Origin: Diplonema japonicum | Taxonomy: Eukaryota; Protista; Euglenozoa: Diplonemea | Assembly: GCA_964019335.1 (NCBI GenBank) | Contig: OZ025680.1 | Span: forward strand, 186,001 to 250,000 | Reading direction: 5' to 3' | Length of the DNA stretch: 64,000 nucleotides | In this document: piece after piece, positions 30,301 through 40,200 of the stretch | How the letters are laid out: each line of letters opens with the position of its first letter | How positions within the stretch are numbered: position 1 is the first letter of the stretch | The notes under the pieces: model-generated | Databases searched by the model: none | What the model was told of the DNA's origin: nothing | The model's input: the letters and a program-made list of their open reading frames with translations, nothing else | Program-made: the position numbers and the translations under genes

Positions 30301-32516
30301 AGGTTCCCGTTCGTGCTGACCCTGTCGGAGGAGCCTTCCCCGAACCCCACCCTCTGCAGCAGCATCTGCTGAGCCCCGTCCCTGATCTCGATGCTCTCGT
30401 TGTAGGCGATGTGCCACTTCGCGTTCACGACCTCAGACCTCCCCCCGCCCCCGCACTCCAGCAGGTACTTCACAGTCGACCCCGCCGTCGCCTTCCTCGT
30501 CACCAGCGCTGTAGAGCTGACCGTCACTGCACGCCCCTCTTCGAACCCGGGGGGGGTAAAGGGAGCAGGTTCCGGGAGGGGGTTGTTTTTGCACGTCCAG
30601 CTGAAGCGGAACCCACTCCCCTTCGGGTGGAACCCGGACCTGAAGCGGACCCTCAAGGATCTTCCGAAGGAGCGTGGAGGGGGAGCTGCCTGCCCACTCA
30701 GGTGCGTCGCGACCACCCACTCGCCGTCATCCTTCTCCTCTTCCAGGGTCAGCAGGTCGGTGTTGTCCTCGCTCGTCACGTCCAGGTACTGCCACCTCAC
30801 CTCCATGTGCTGCGTGCTGCAGCTCAGTGTCCAGCACTCGTCTGCGAACGCGGGGTAGCGCCCATTGTCCACCGGGTAGCTCAGCACACCACCACCACCA
30901 CCACCACCACCACCACCACCACCTTCTTCTTCGGAAGAGGGAGCCACCGCCGTGCACCTTGGCCTCATCATCGGTGTCTTGCACTCCCAAGAGAACTCGA
31001 ACTGAGCACCAACACTCCTCGTTTGAGAGGACACAATCATCGCAGCACCACCGGGGACGACCAAAGGGTGTCCGGGGGAGGTGTCCCCCTCCCACACCTC
31101 CTGCTCCGGTTGGTAGAAGTTGTCCAGACTGTGCAGGTTTGCGAGGTTCATCCCGTCGCTCGGCTCGACAGAACCCATCGTGACGTGGAGCTCCTCCCCG
31201 ACCGTTGGGCAGAGCATCACCCAGCACTTCGACTCGAATCGAGTGGTCTTGTAGGACACGGTACCTGTTGTCGAGGTGCTAGGGACGACGCTGCCCCCAC
31301 AGATGCCCGTCCCCAGGAACTGAGCCCCGTCTCCCGGGGTCGTCGACTGGCTCTCGTCGCACCGCATGAACAGCGCCTTGTTCGGGGTTGCCTTCACCAG
31401 CACTCCCTCCAGAGCCGACTCCCGCAGCCACACCTTCACGTCCAACGGGGATGCTGCAGGGTTCCCGCTCAAGAAGGCGGCCGCCGCCCCTGCCGCGTAG
31501 CCGGCCGCCGCAGAAGACCCAGACTTCGTCACCCCGCCGTCCAGATCGTCTGCAGAGGCCCCCAGAACCCCCTCACCAGGCGCGAAGAGGTCAGCGTACA
31601 GCACAGAGCCGGTGGTCTCCCCTTCCTTGTTGTGGGCCCCGACAGTGATCACCTCGTCCACCCTTTTGGAGAGAGTGTTCCCCCTGTTGTTCCCGGAAGA
31701 GGTCACCACCGATATCCCGAGCTCAATGAGGGCGCGAACCGCCATGCGCACCGTCTCAGAATCACTGGGGTCGAAGGCCATCACCACGAGGGAGGGGGGC
31801 TGTCTCATCATCTTGCTGGTGACAGCAACCTGCGTCAGCGCCTCCACCACCCTGCTGCGCAACACGGTCCCAGAGGAGGAAACCACCTTCGTCGACATCA
31901 CAGTGGCCCGCCTCGCCACGCCGTAGGTGCTTCCCGCGACAAGGCTCGCGACGTAGGTCCCGTGGCCGTTGTCGTCTCTCTGCAGCTCATCGCTCACCAC
32001 CCCTTTGTAGTCCAACCCGTTGTAGCAGCGCCCCTTCAGCTCCCTGTGCCCGCACTCCACTCCAGTGTCGAGGACGAACACATAGACCCCTTCTCCCCAC
32101 TCAGAGTTGTGCTTGAAGGATTGTTGGCTTCTGGTGCTGGTGCTGGTGCTGCTGCTGCTGCTTGCCTCCCAGTCCTGCCTGTGTGTGAGCCTGCTGAGAC
32201 CCCAGAGCCCTTCCGCCCCAGCAGCCTCCTCGACACAGCCCCCAGGCATCGCGTGCAGCACGTCTTTGTGGACAACATCACGCTCCACAGCCACCCTCCC
32301 CTCGAGGAACTGTTCAAGCTGCTCCACCTCCCTCTCGTTCACCCCTTTGCAATGCACCGCACTGAAACCCCCGAACTTGAAGGCCGCGCTGCTGGTCCCA
32401 CACACACGGCGCACCTCCCGCACGTCCGCCTCCGTGCTGTTCCTGTGCATGGTAACGAGGTATCCCGCGTCGCTCAGCACCCCTGCGCACAGCAAGGGGA
32501 GAAGCAAGGCTCCCAT
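27378..32516 (-). CDS. Type I membrane subtilisin (S8) with prodomain and multiple CUB-like domains, copy 1
   Basis: Signal peptide; VLDTG (Asp), HGTYVA (His), SSGNN (oxyanion Asn), SGSSAA (Ser); CUB motifs (LEAGYDYVEVY, FTSDLGTEGAGF); C-terminal TM helix. Confidence 0.9.
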   Translation of the reverse strand: MGALLLPLLCAGVLSDAGYLVTMHRNSTEADVREVRRVCGTSSAAFKFGGFSAVHCKGVNEREVEQLEQFLEGRVAVERDVVHKDVLHAMPGGCVEEAAGAEGLWGLSRLTHRQDWEASSSSSTSTSTRSQQSFKHNSEWGEGVYVFVLDTGVECGHRELKGRCYNGLDYKGVVSDELQRDDNGHGTYVASLVAGSTYGVARRATVMSTKVVSSSGTVLRSRVVEALTQVAVTSKMMRQPPSLVVMAFDPSDSETVRMAVRALIELGISVVTSSGNNRGNTLSKRVDEVITVGAHNKEGETTGSVLYADLFAPGEGVLGASADDLDGGVTKSGSSAAAGYAAGAAAAFLSGNPAASPLDVKVWLRESALEGVLVKATPNKALFMRCDESQSTTPGDGAQFLGTGICGGSVVPSTSTTGTVSYKTTRFESKCWVMLCPTVGEELHVTMGSVEPSDGMNLANLHSLDNFYQPEQEVWEGDTSPGHPLVVPGGAAMIVSSQTRSVGAQFEFSWECKTPMMRPRCTAVAPSSEEEGGGGGGGGGGGGVLSYPVDNGRYPAFADECWTLSCSTQHMEVRWQYLDVTSEDNTDLLTLEEEKDDGEWVVATHLSGQAAPPPRSFGRSLRVRFRSGFHPKGSGFRFSWTCKNNPLPEPAPFTPPGFEEGRAVTVSSTALVTRKATAGSTVKYLLECGGGGRSEVVNAKWHIAYNESIEIRDGAQQMLLQRVGFGEGSSDRVSTNGNLEVVVVYETRPFSTFELEFNCLPADPCPELPARTPTSVVNGDCFRVGCDGESLFSAANLVGSVTLLDLETGTVVRGQDTFMSRHLAHRTQVVVHGSATLSWGCGRWGSCTTVDYNNDNDADDEKNDRFRINGEDAMGVDCWHFRCPLPSQKIVFRGFTTTCGYSTPLLDTEENPLATADCRTRVVATNVNSAVLGRTRKAMTLNWSCKCQDLTAAVLTYPRQDVEETGKECWTIRCDQTVTLNLTLGGTQGTQGNYVQVVDSNRYAANLVRSIVVSLTGDVVVTSNIRNIGTYGLGEAFSLDWTCGVPETDAPRTLSPPTGDCQRLSGWSGSFSTNETDETTTCWYITLNPPERLYINVAYDLREGDGRFEVDTGDEVENYRIVGGNGYQYQIMEVTRNAVLMTKSGGGWAQVSWNYKCAPQSRVPGLVEVERDSPVHCWDLTCDYSVPLTLTHVSGAALSVKSNSNSDGDGLPLGPANPTVRMTKTAAVSLEAALPLGSAASFSWTCDYSSLIPVKEHCSAYSTYGSDTGSLTLQREKCVRLTCEKPVKVLTMNLELEAGYDYVEVYKADGRTPLDRFTGTGTVHVGYTGDIVVKAAFDETVDSKFELRWLCGEEVPERSVELSVPSNPIAWGKNDRNCDHSFESYSRTVQYPAAAAAAADSGDEAEREDYLPLKSRCWRFGCPAGHESRVTLEASLEPGFDKVGVYGREGAWLGEVTGNETTVLASTGDLYLHFTSDLGTEGAGFTARHFCRDPPVTAAPTLEPEPVPPTQEPVTLSPETGLRGVQAVFRIASSDMGKAVAGSRDLMPALELLLGGRASCFNVCLERATSGYCVTCGEGASSTGRAAITTQQGSAESITVRADLRVPSEMDNGAVRDRLQANKAMIEGRLGGELQDVTVTNERAPLPTPKEEDQQGGDGGDSLSTGAIVGIVFGSLVVVAVVAFLVYYFFLRKPKAAFSDSEPVKEESTTVV

Positions 32517-33117
32517 TGTTCTTGGTTTCTTTTTTTTTTTTTAAACGAGCAAACTGTTGAAAAGGTAAAAAAACAATGTGAAGAGAGTGCCAAGGAGAGA
32601 ATAGCAGAAAGAAAAGAGAGAAAGAGAGGGAGAAGCAGCGATCGCTTTTAAGTTCTTAGAAAAACAAAACAAAAGAAAAATGGGTAGATATCTTCTCGAA
32701 ATTATCGACGAAGAAAATTTAAAAAAAGAAAAAGGAAATGGGTGTTTGAAGTAGTCACCCCTTTCCCCCACACACACACACACCCTCCTTCATGGATCAG
32801 TACCCTCGAAAGAGCCACATGAAGGGGTGTTTTTTTGGGAGAAGGGACAACTCTGGCAGAAAACAAACAAAATAGAGAGAGGGAAAAGCATAAGAAACAC
32901 AAACACAACTTCTTTCAATCAGCAGTAGTGAAGAAGCTTTTTTTTTTTTTTTTTTTTTTTTTTTCCCTTTTCCACCGTGTTCGACAAAGAGAAGAAAAGA
33001 ATTCCCTGCGATGGGCGAGTGTGTTAGCAACAACGCCCATCCAAAGAAAAAGAAAGGAGGGGAATATATAGGAGAAGACTGGGGTCCCTGATCCGGGAAC
33101 CCCTCATCCTTTTCTCC

Positions 33118-33151
<34 letters not shown>

Positions 33152-33411
33152 AAAAACACCATTCCCCTTGCTGCTGCTGCTGGGGTGGTGGGAATAAAAA
33201 GAAAGAAGAATTGAAGAATTTAAAAAAAAAAAAGAGAGACATTTAAGGGTACCTGCGGTGTGTGGCAGGACGCCTAAAAAAAAAAAAAAAAAAAAAAAAC
33301 CGTCCTTTTTGAGACACATAGGACGGATAGGTGTTTGCTGCTCCGTGGTAAAAAAAATAGAGAGAGGGGGGTCTCTTTTGCTTTCTCTTCTCTTTTTTTT
33401 TCCCCACTCTA

Positions 33412-34050
33412 TCACTCTCTTGTCTCCCTCCTCACAATTCTCATGGGAAGCTCTGCGGTGGTTGCGAAGATGATCCTCCCGCAGAGGGCGAGGCAGTCCC
33501 TCCCGTTGCACTGCTGGTGGCAGCCATCGTGCGCGACGTCGAAGCACTCCTCGTCTGCCCCGCAGGTGGTGGGGTGGATCCCACCGCAGGCCTGCCCAGT
33601 TGTCTTCGCGCACACCCCGAGGCAGTCCGCTCCCCCGCAGTCCGGGCTGCACTCCTTCCTGTACATGCAGGTCTCCCCAGTCCCGCACTGCAGCCCTGCA
33701 ACCCCCCCGCACTCCTTCTCCACCTTCACCTCGAAGCACTTCCCCAGGCAGTCCCTCCCGTTGCACCCTGCGTTGCACCCGTCAGCCACAGTGTCCACAC
33801 ACATCTCCTCTCCCTTGCACTTCAGCCCAGCGATCCCCCCGCACGCCCCGTACTTCCTCTTCGCACAGATCCCTCCGCAGTCCGCTCCCCCGCACTCCTT
33901 CACACACCCCGTGTTCCGAGGGTCCGGGATGCACTCCAACCCAGAGGGGCAGCCAAGGCCCGCGATCCCCCCACACTGCATCGGTTCCGCCGCTCCAACC
34001 ACTGTCACCACAGCCATCATCACAGACAACAAAGCAAGAGGAGAGCTCAT
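33412..34050 (-). CDS. Secreted Cys-rich protein with four CGG(I/V)xxxxC..DCxxxC repeats, copy 1
   Basis: Signal peptide plus four 6-Cys modules. Confidence 0.85.
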   Translation of the reverse strand: MSSPLALLSVMMAVVTVVGAAEPMQCGGIAGLGCPSGLECIPDPRNTGCVKECGGADCGGICAKRKYGACGGIAGLKCKGEEMCVDTVADGCNAGCNGRDCLGKCFEVKVEKECGGVAGLQCGTGETCMYRKECSPDCGGADCLGVCAKTTGQACGGIHPTTCGADEECFDVAHDGCHQQCNGRDCLALCGRIIFATTAELPMRIVRRETRE

Positions 34051-34899
34051 TTTTCGAGGGAGGGTTTTTTTTTTTTTGTTGAGAATACGGTAAAAAGTAA
34101 CCTTTTTGATTTTTTTGGTTAATAGTTGTTGTGTTGTCTTGAGGACAGGGAACTAAAAATAAAAAAGAATAGAAGGTAACTTCTGTGTGGCCAAGAAGAA
34201 GGAGAAGAGATGGAGGAGGAGAAGGCAGGACAGGAGGAAGAAGAATAAGATACAACCGTAAAACAGCACACAAAGTATTCTATTTCTTTTTATATTTTTC
34301 TTCCCTTTTAAATACTAAAGGATCAACTGCAAATGGACCGTTCCCACTGAAGAAGTCACTGTGCTTCCTAATGTGGGGGTGTAGAGTCCCCAGTGTCACA
34401 CCCCTTTTTACTCTGCTACATGTTTTACGGTTCTTTCCGGCTTTCCCCCCTGTCCCTGCCGACTTGCAACACCTGCACCATTCCATTATATTACTAGCCC
34501 AACACAGCAAGCACACGGGTGCTCGAAAAGAGAAAAAAAAGAATATTTTTTGAAAACAAGAGCATAGTAGCACTCTATTTTTTTCCCCCCTCTTTTTTTT
34601 TTTCTTTCTTCCCACTTTATTCTTTTCTCGGCCCCTCAAACGAGAGAAAACATGCCACACGTCCCACGAGCAGGGGGAGGGGTGCTATAGCACGGTGGCT
34701 ATGATGCACTCCTCCCCAACATGTGGTACACAACAGGACCAAAAGAGAAAAAGAAAAAGAGAAAAAGAGGAAAAAAAAAAAAAAAAAAAAAGAAGAAGAG
34801 AGAAAAAAATAAGTGAGCACATGTAAGGAGGAAGGAAAATGAAACCAGCGAGGCAACAAGAGGAGGTCCGCTTGTTGGCCCCACCTGAGTCAAGAAAAC

Positions 34900-34955
34900 A
34901 ATCAGATCGCGAAAACTAAAACACCGCTAAAAACTTTTCAGTCCTCACTCCTCCT
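34900..34955 (-). promoter_or_regulatory. Candidate non-canonical SECIS-like hairpin just after the GILT stop
   Basis: Minus strand GGA-GTGAGGACTGA-AAA...TTAGTTTTCGC-GA forms an 11-bp stem with several G-U pairs, GA on both sides of its base and an apical AAA. It lacks a canonical AUGA core. Confidence 0.3.
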
Positions 34956-35645
34956 TTACCTACAACCAGCAGGCTTCGTCCCTTCCCAGTCCTTGCAAAC
35001 TGTCTCGAGGAGGTTGTCGCTGTTCCTGAGGACCTTCCCGTTCACTGTGAAGTAGGGGACGTAGTTGAGACCCTTGACCATGACGGTGGCCCTGGCTGCG
35101 ACAGCCATGAGGGTCTTCCCGGAGGAGCCCGACTGGCAGGAGGTGATGACCGCCGGGTTCAGGTTGTACTGCTGCGCACACTTCTCCATGTGCGCCTTCG
35201 ACCCCGCACCGGGCTCGTGCGCCTCGTAGCAGTCCACGAAGGGCATGTACTTCCACGGGTCGTTGTTCGTCATGTTCTTCACGCACACCTCCACGAGGTT
35301 CCCGTAGCACTCCCCGCTCCCGTGCTGGCAGTTGATCGGCCCCGTGAAGCAGTCCGACGGGATCGGCGGCGTCGCCCCAAGCCCGCACTTCCTCTTCCAG
35401 CACGAGTAGTCGTTCTTCGGGTCCGCGCACTCCTTGATCTCCACGAACGCGTTCCCGAACGGCACGTAGTCGAAGTCCATGATCCCCTGGATCCCCTCCG
35501 CCGCTAGGGTCTGCTTCACAGGTCCCTTCACGGCCGCCTTGCACCCGGGTCACAGAGACTCCCCGTAGAACATCACCTCCACCTTCTCCTGACCGCTCAC
35601 CGCAACCGCAAGCAGCAGCACCGAGGCAACAGATCTTCCGAGCAT
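34956..35645 (-). CDS. GILT: GILT-family lysosomal thiol reductase, probable selenoprotein (U32-P-G-C35), 229 aa
   Basis: Signal peptide, then VEVMFYGESL-TGA-PGC (TGA at 35550-35552) in frame with YVPFGNA, the GILT signature CQHGSGECYGN, and YVPYFTVNG. Confidence 0.9.
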
Positions 35646-37241
35646 TCTTTTAATTATTTATTTATTTATTTATTCTCTTTTTTTTTTTTTTTTTTTTTTC
35701 TTTTTTTTTTTTTTTTTGTCAGAGTTGTTGTTGTTGTTGTTATTGTAAAAAATAAAGGTGAGGAAAAAAATAAGGAAACAAACAAGGAGAGAAAGAATTA
35801 GGGTGATCCACCATTTGGTTATGCCCAACCTCAGGCATTCCAACGTATGGGGTTGTAAAGGAGAACCATGGAAGATATTTAAAGAGAACAAACGAGGGGG
35901 GAAAAAAGGGGGGGGTGAAGCAAAAAATAGAAAAACAAGGAAAATAAAAGGCTTGTGATGTAGGTTCGTTATATAAAGCAACCCCCCACAAAAAGCCCTT
36001 CCTCTTTGATTTTTCTCTTTTTTTTGGGGGGGGGGGGAAAGGGGATCAATCTATAAAATTTTATTTCCTTTTTTTTTTTTCGTGCTCTTGTGTTTCGCAG
36101 CAAGCAAAAAGCAAGGCACTACAAAAACACAAAAAATTTTTATGAAAACAAAATACAGATTCTTATGGGAATACGAGAGGAAGAAACAAAACGGGTAAAA
36201 AAAAAAAAAAAAAAAAAAAAAAGAAGGACCGCTCTTAAATAAAAGAAGAGCGGGAAGAAAGGTCGTTGGCTTCAATATCACGGAGGCTCTAACAAGCCGC
36301 TTTGTGTTGCCAACGAGCTTCCCTTCCCCTCCTTTTGAAAGTAAGTTTATTTTGTCATAACTGCCACAATTCTTCTTTGGCGCAGAATGCTTTATAAACG
36401 CCCATGACCGATGTCAATCATGGTGTCATTCAACAAAAAAAAAAAAAAAAAAAAAAGAAAATAATAATAAGAGAAGAAAGGTGGCCAGTGTTGGTGGCGC
36501 TTTGCTTTAAAAGAAAAAAAATTAAACAAAAGCAACAACACAAAGTGCACTTTTACCTTTCCGCCAGTAGCTTCCTGGTGGTTTAGTTCAAAAAGAAATT
36601 CGCAAAAACTATATGTCAGTTGTTGGTTCGCGCACATATAGTTATAAAAAAGATCATAATAAATAATTAAAAAAAAAAAAAAAAAAAAAAAGGTTGTCTC
36701 GATCATAGTGGTGCCACACAGTATGTGACACCCTTGTGAAGCTTCGCCCGAAGCCTCCCAAGTCCCCCTGTGGTCCCGTAGAATGACTGTAAAAGTGGAG
36801 GTACAGAATTCCTTTTGAAATAGGGAGAGGGGCTGCAAAAGAATCGAAGAGGTTAATAAAGCTGTTGTTCCAGCCATAAAAAAAGGCGGACGAAAATAAA
36901 TAAAAAAAGAATAAGGGGGGGTGGGGAGAAAAAATGAGGTGGCTCGCATGGCAACACCTTCATCTTTTCTTCGTAAAAGCTAGAGTAAAAAAGAATCAAG
37001 AAGGGAAACAAGATAGTGTCCAGCTACTCACCTGGTAGCGAGAGACAAAACAATACGGGGGAGGAGGAAGGAGGACAGGAAAAAAAAGAGGGAAAAAAAA
37101 ACACCGACCGAGTAAGATGAGGTCAAGGTGTGTCCCGGCGGCAGTGTGGTTTGTACCGCCATCTTGTGTAAGTTGGGAATTAGAAGTGTTAAAATAGGAA
37201 ATAGAAATAGAAAAAAAATGAGAGGAAAACGCGTAGATTTT

Positions 37242-40200
37242 TCACTTTACACTGCCACCGCATCCCCTGGCAGGGCTGACCGTACCGCCAACAGCCTTCG
37301 ACCAAGCACCCATCAGGTCGTGAGCGGCATTCCAGAAGAAGGCCCCACCGTTGCAGGCATACTCCTGCTTCAAGTCGTTCATAACACTGACCGCCTGCTG
37401 TGCATTGCTGTTGGAGTTGGTGCCTCCACAGTCGCTGATGCAGAAGCCGAACACCACCTTCGTGGGATCGCTCCCGAAGCAGTCCTCGACAAGGGTCTTG
37501 AAGTGTGCCAGAGCAGAGGAGAAGACCCCCCCGTTGATCCCGTCCGTGTTGGGGCGCGTGATCCCGTTGTAGTACTGCGGCATGACGAAGTCCACAGAGC
37601 CTGCCACCTCCCTGATGATGTCGAAGTAGCGGGTTCCCTTCGCAAGGTCGATGTCCACAGGGGAGTGTGTCACGAGGCTCCCGGTGGGGAGGTTCTGCTT
37701 CAACCCCACTGTCACTTCCTTCAGGAAGGCTTGTGCTTGTGCCCCCTTTGCGAACGACGACCCGCGCTGCCCGTCCTCGTAGTAGTACTCGTAGTCGAGG
37801 TTGATCCCGTCGAAGCCCTGGCTGCTCGCGACCGCCACCAGCTGCCGCACCACGGAGGCCTCCTTTCCGTAGCAGTGTTCCCAGCAGTCGTTCAGCCCGT
37901 CCCACGAGCCCCCCATCCCGGCCCCGCCGAAGGACAGCATCACCTTCTTCCCGGCCGCTTTCCACTTCGCCACGAGCTCGGGTTGTGGGGAGTTCCCGCA
38001 AACGGGCACAGACCCTGTGATCTTGCACTGCTGGTTGCACTGGTTCCCTCTGGGAGTCCACGTGTAGGTCACTGCGAAGGACACGAGGATGTGTGTGTAG
38101 GCCTCCATCTGGGCGTCTGTGGGACATGCTTGCCAGTTCCCGATGTAGGCGATGAGCCTGCTGTCAACAGAGGCGGTGGAGAGAGCGGGGGTCGGGGCCG
38201 TGACCGTGGCTGGGGAGGGGTTGGTCGGGACGCCGCCTCCACTATTGCCACCGCATCCCCTGGCAGGGCTGACCGCACCGCCAACAGCCTTCGACCAGGC
38301 ACCGTTCGTGTCGCGAAGGGAGTTCCAGAAGAAGGCCCCACCGTTGCAGGCATACTCCTGCTTCAAGTCGTTCATAACACTGACCGCCTGCTGTGCATTG
38401 CTGTTGGAGTTGGTGTCCCCACAGTCGCCGATGCAGAAGCCGAACACCACCTTCGTGGGATCGTTCCCGAAGCAGTCCTCGACAAGGGTCTTGAAGTGTG
38501 CCAGAGCAGAGGAGAAGACCCCCCCGTTGATCCCGTCCGTGTTGGGGCGCGTGATCCCGTTGTAGTACTGCGGCATGACGAAGTCCACAGAGCCCGCCAC
38601 CTCCTTCATGATGTCGAAGTAGCGGGTCCCCTTCGCAAGGTCGATGTCCACAGGGGAGTGTGTCACGAGGCTCCCGGTGGGGAGGTTCTGCTTCAACCCC
38701 ACTGTCACTTCCTTCAGGAAGGCTTGTGCTTGTGCCCCCTTTGCGAACGACGACCCGCGCTGCCCGTCCTCGTAGTAGTACCCGTAGTCGAGGTTGATCC
38801 CGTCGAAGCCCAGGCTGCTCGCGACCGCCACCAGCTGCCGCACCAGGTGTTCCTCCTTTCCGTAGCAGTGTTCCCAGCAGTCGTTCAGCCCGTCCCACGA
38901 GCCCCCCATCCCGGCCCCGCCGAAGGACAGCATCACCTTCTTCCCGGCCGCTTTCCACTTCGCCACGAGCTCGGGGTGTGGGGCGTTTCCGCAAACGGAG
39001 ACCGGCGTCAAGTCGCACTGCTGGTTGCACTGGTTTTTCATGGGACCCCACGTGTAGGTCACTGCGAAGGACACGAGGATGTGTGTGTAGGCCTCCATCT
39101 GGGCGTCTGTGGGACACTCTTGCCAGTTTCCGATGGAGGCAACAAGCCTGCTGTCCCCTGAAGAAGAAGAAGAAGAAGAAGAAGAAGAGGGGGGGGTTGC
39201 AGGAACAGAAACAGGAGCGGGTTGAGGAGTAGAGGGTGCAGAGGTTGTCTCGTCGACGACTGTGATGGTCTGGGTTCGGCTGCTGCCTTCAGCTGTGGCT
39301 CCGGTGCACTCCGACTTCGGGAAGAAGGGGAGGATGGTCCACACACGGTTGACCGTCCACTGACCGTTCCCGTTCGACCCCTCCACGGGGACAGGGTCGC
39401 TGTCCATGTAAAAAACGTCGAACTCTTGGCTGCAGGCAGAGGCCCCCTCTGCCAACCCCAGCACCGTGGGGTCGGTCGACTGCTCCGTGTTCACGCGGGT
39501 GTCCGCTGGGAAGGAGGCGAAGACGGGCGAAATCGGCTCAACCGTGATGATCTGGGTCACCTCCTCCGAGACGCCGCCGCAAACGGGGCTGTCGCGGAGC
39601 TGCCACGTCACCTCCAAGAAGGAGGACCCGCACACCCTGTTCGGGAACTGCGACTCCGGAAGCACGCGTTGCCTCAGAAGGTTCACCCTCGCCCCCGAGG
39701 TGCACGCGGGGTCGACAAACCAAGGCAGGGGCTTCAGGCTCTCCAGGTTCACCGGTTGATCACAGCGGAAGGTGTAGGAGGTGGCTCCCCCGAGAACAGG
39801 GCGCTTCCGGAGCACCATCCCCGCCTCGCTGCTCACCTCGCCGTTCAGGAGGGCCTGCTTTTCCAACGCCTTGTCCGCCATCGCCGACACCATCCTGTTT
39901 TGCGTGTTCCGCACGCTCGCCTCGTAGCTCGCCTGGCTGCTCAGGTCGTACGGCATGTTCGACAGGGTCACCTCCGCCTCGGAGGCCGACAACCCGCCTC
40001 CCGACCCCTTCCCCCCGTAGGTCCTCACCCCGCCGCTGAAACCCCCGGAGGCAGTCGCCGCGTTCGACCCGAACGGCACCATCACCGTCGACTTCGGAAG
40101 CGACGGCATCGGGACCTCCATCCCCGAGGCGATGTTCTGCAACCCGGGGTTCTCCTCCTTCGACCCCTCGATGATCGCGTTCTTCTGCGCCATCTCGTCC

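Larger units (their letters stand above)
27369..34113. repeat. Near-identical direct segmental duplication of about 6.7 kb (partner 46043-52787)
   Basis: Same ORF set at offset about 18674, including the intergenic spacer. Confidence 0.95.

Noticed and set aside
27741-32651. 1636-aa plus-strand ORF, its twin at 46415-51325, and long plus ORFs over the chitinase-like and Ala-rich genes
   Set aside because: Antisense shadows of GC-rich codon usage, with no domain features.
35550-35552. Genome-wide UGA reassignment
   Set aside because: TGA terminates several genes here (aspartic protease, PARP, CLPB, Ala-rich copies 2 and 3), and no other in-frame stops were found in host genes.
36392-36949. 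185-aa ORF and the many poly-K/poly-F ORFs in spacers
   Set aside because: Products of A/T homopolymers, with no motifs.
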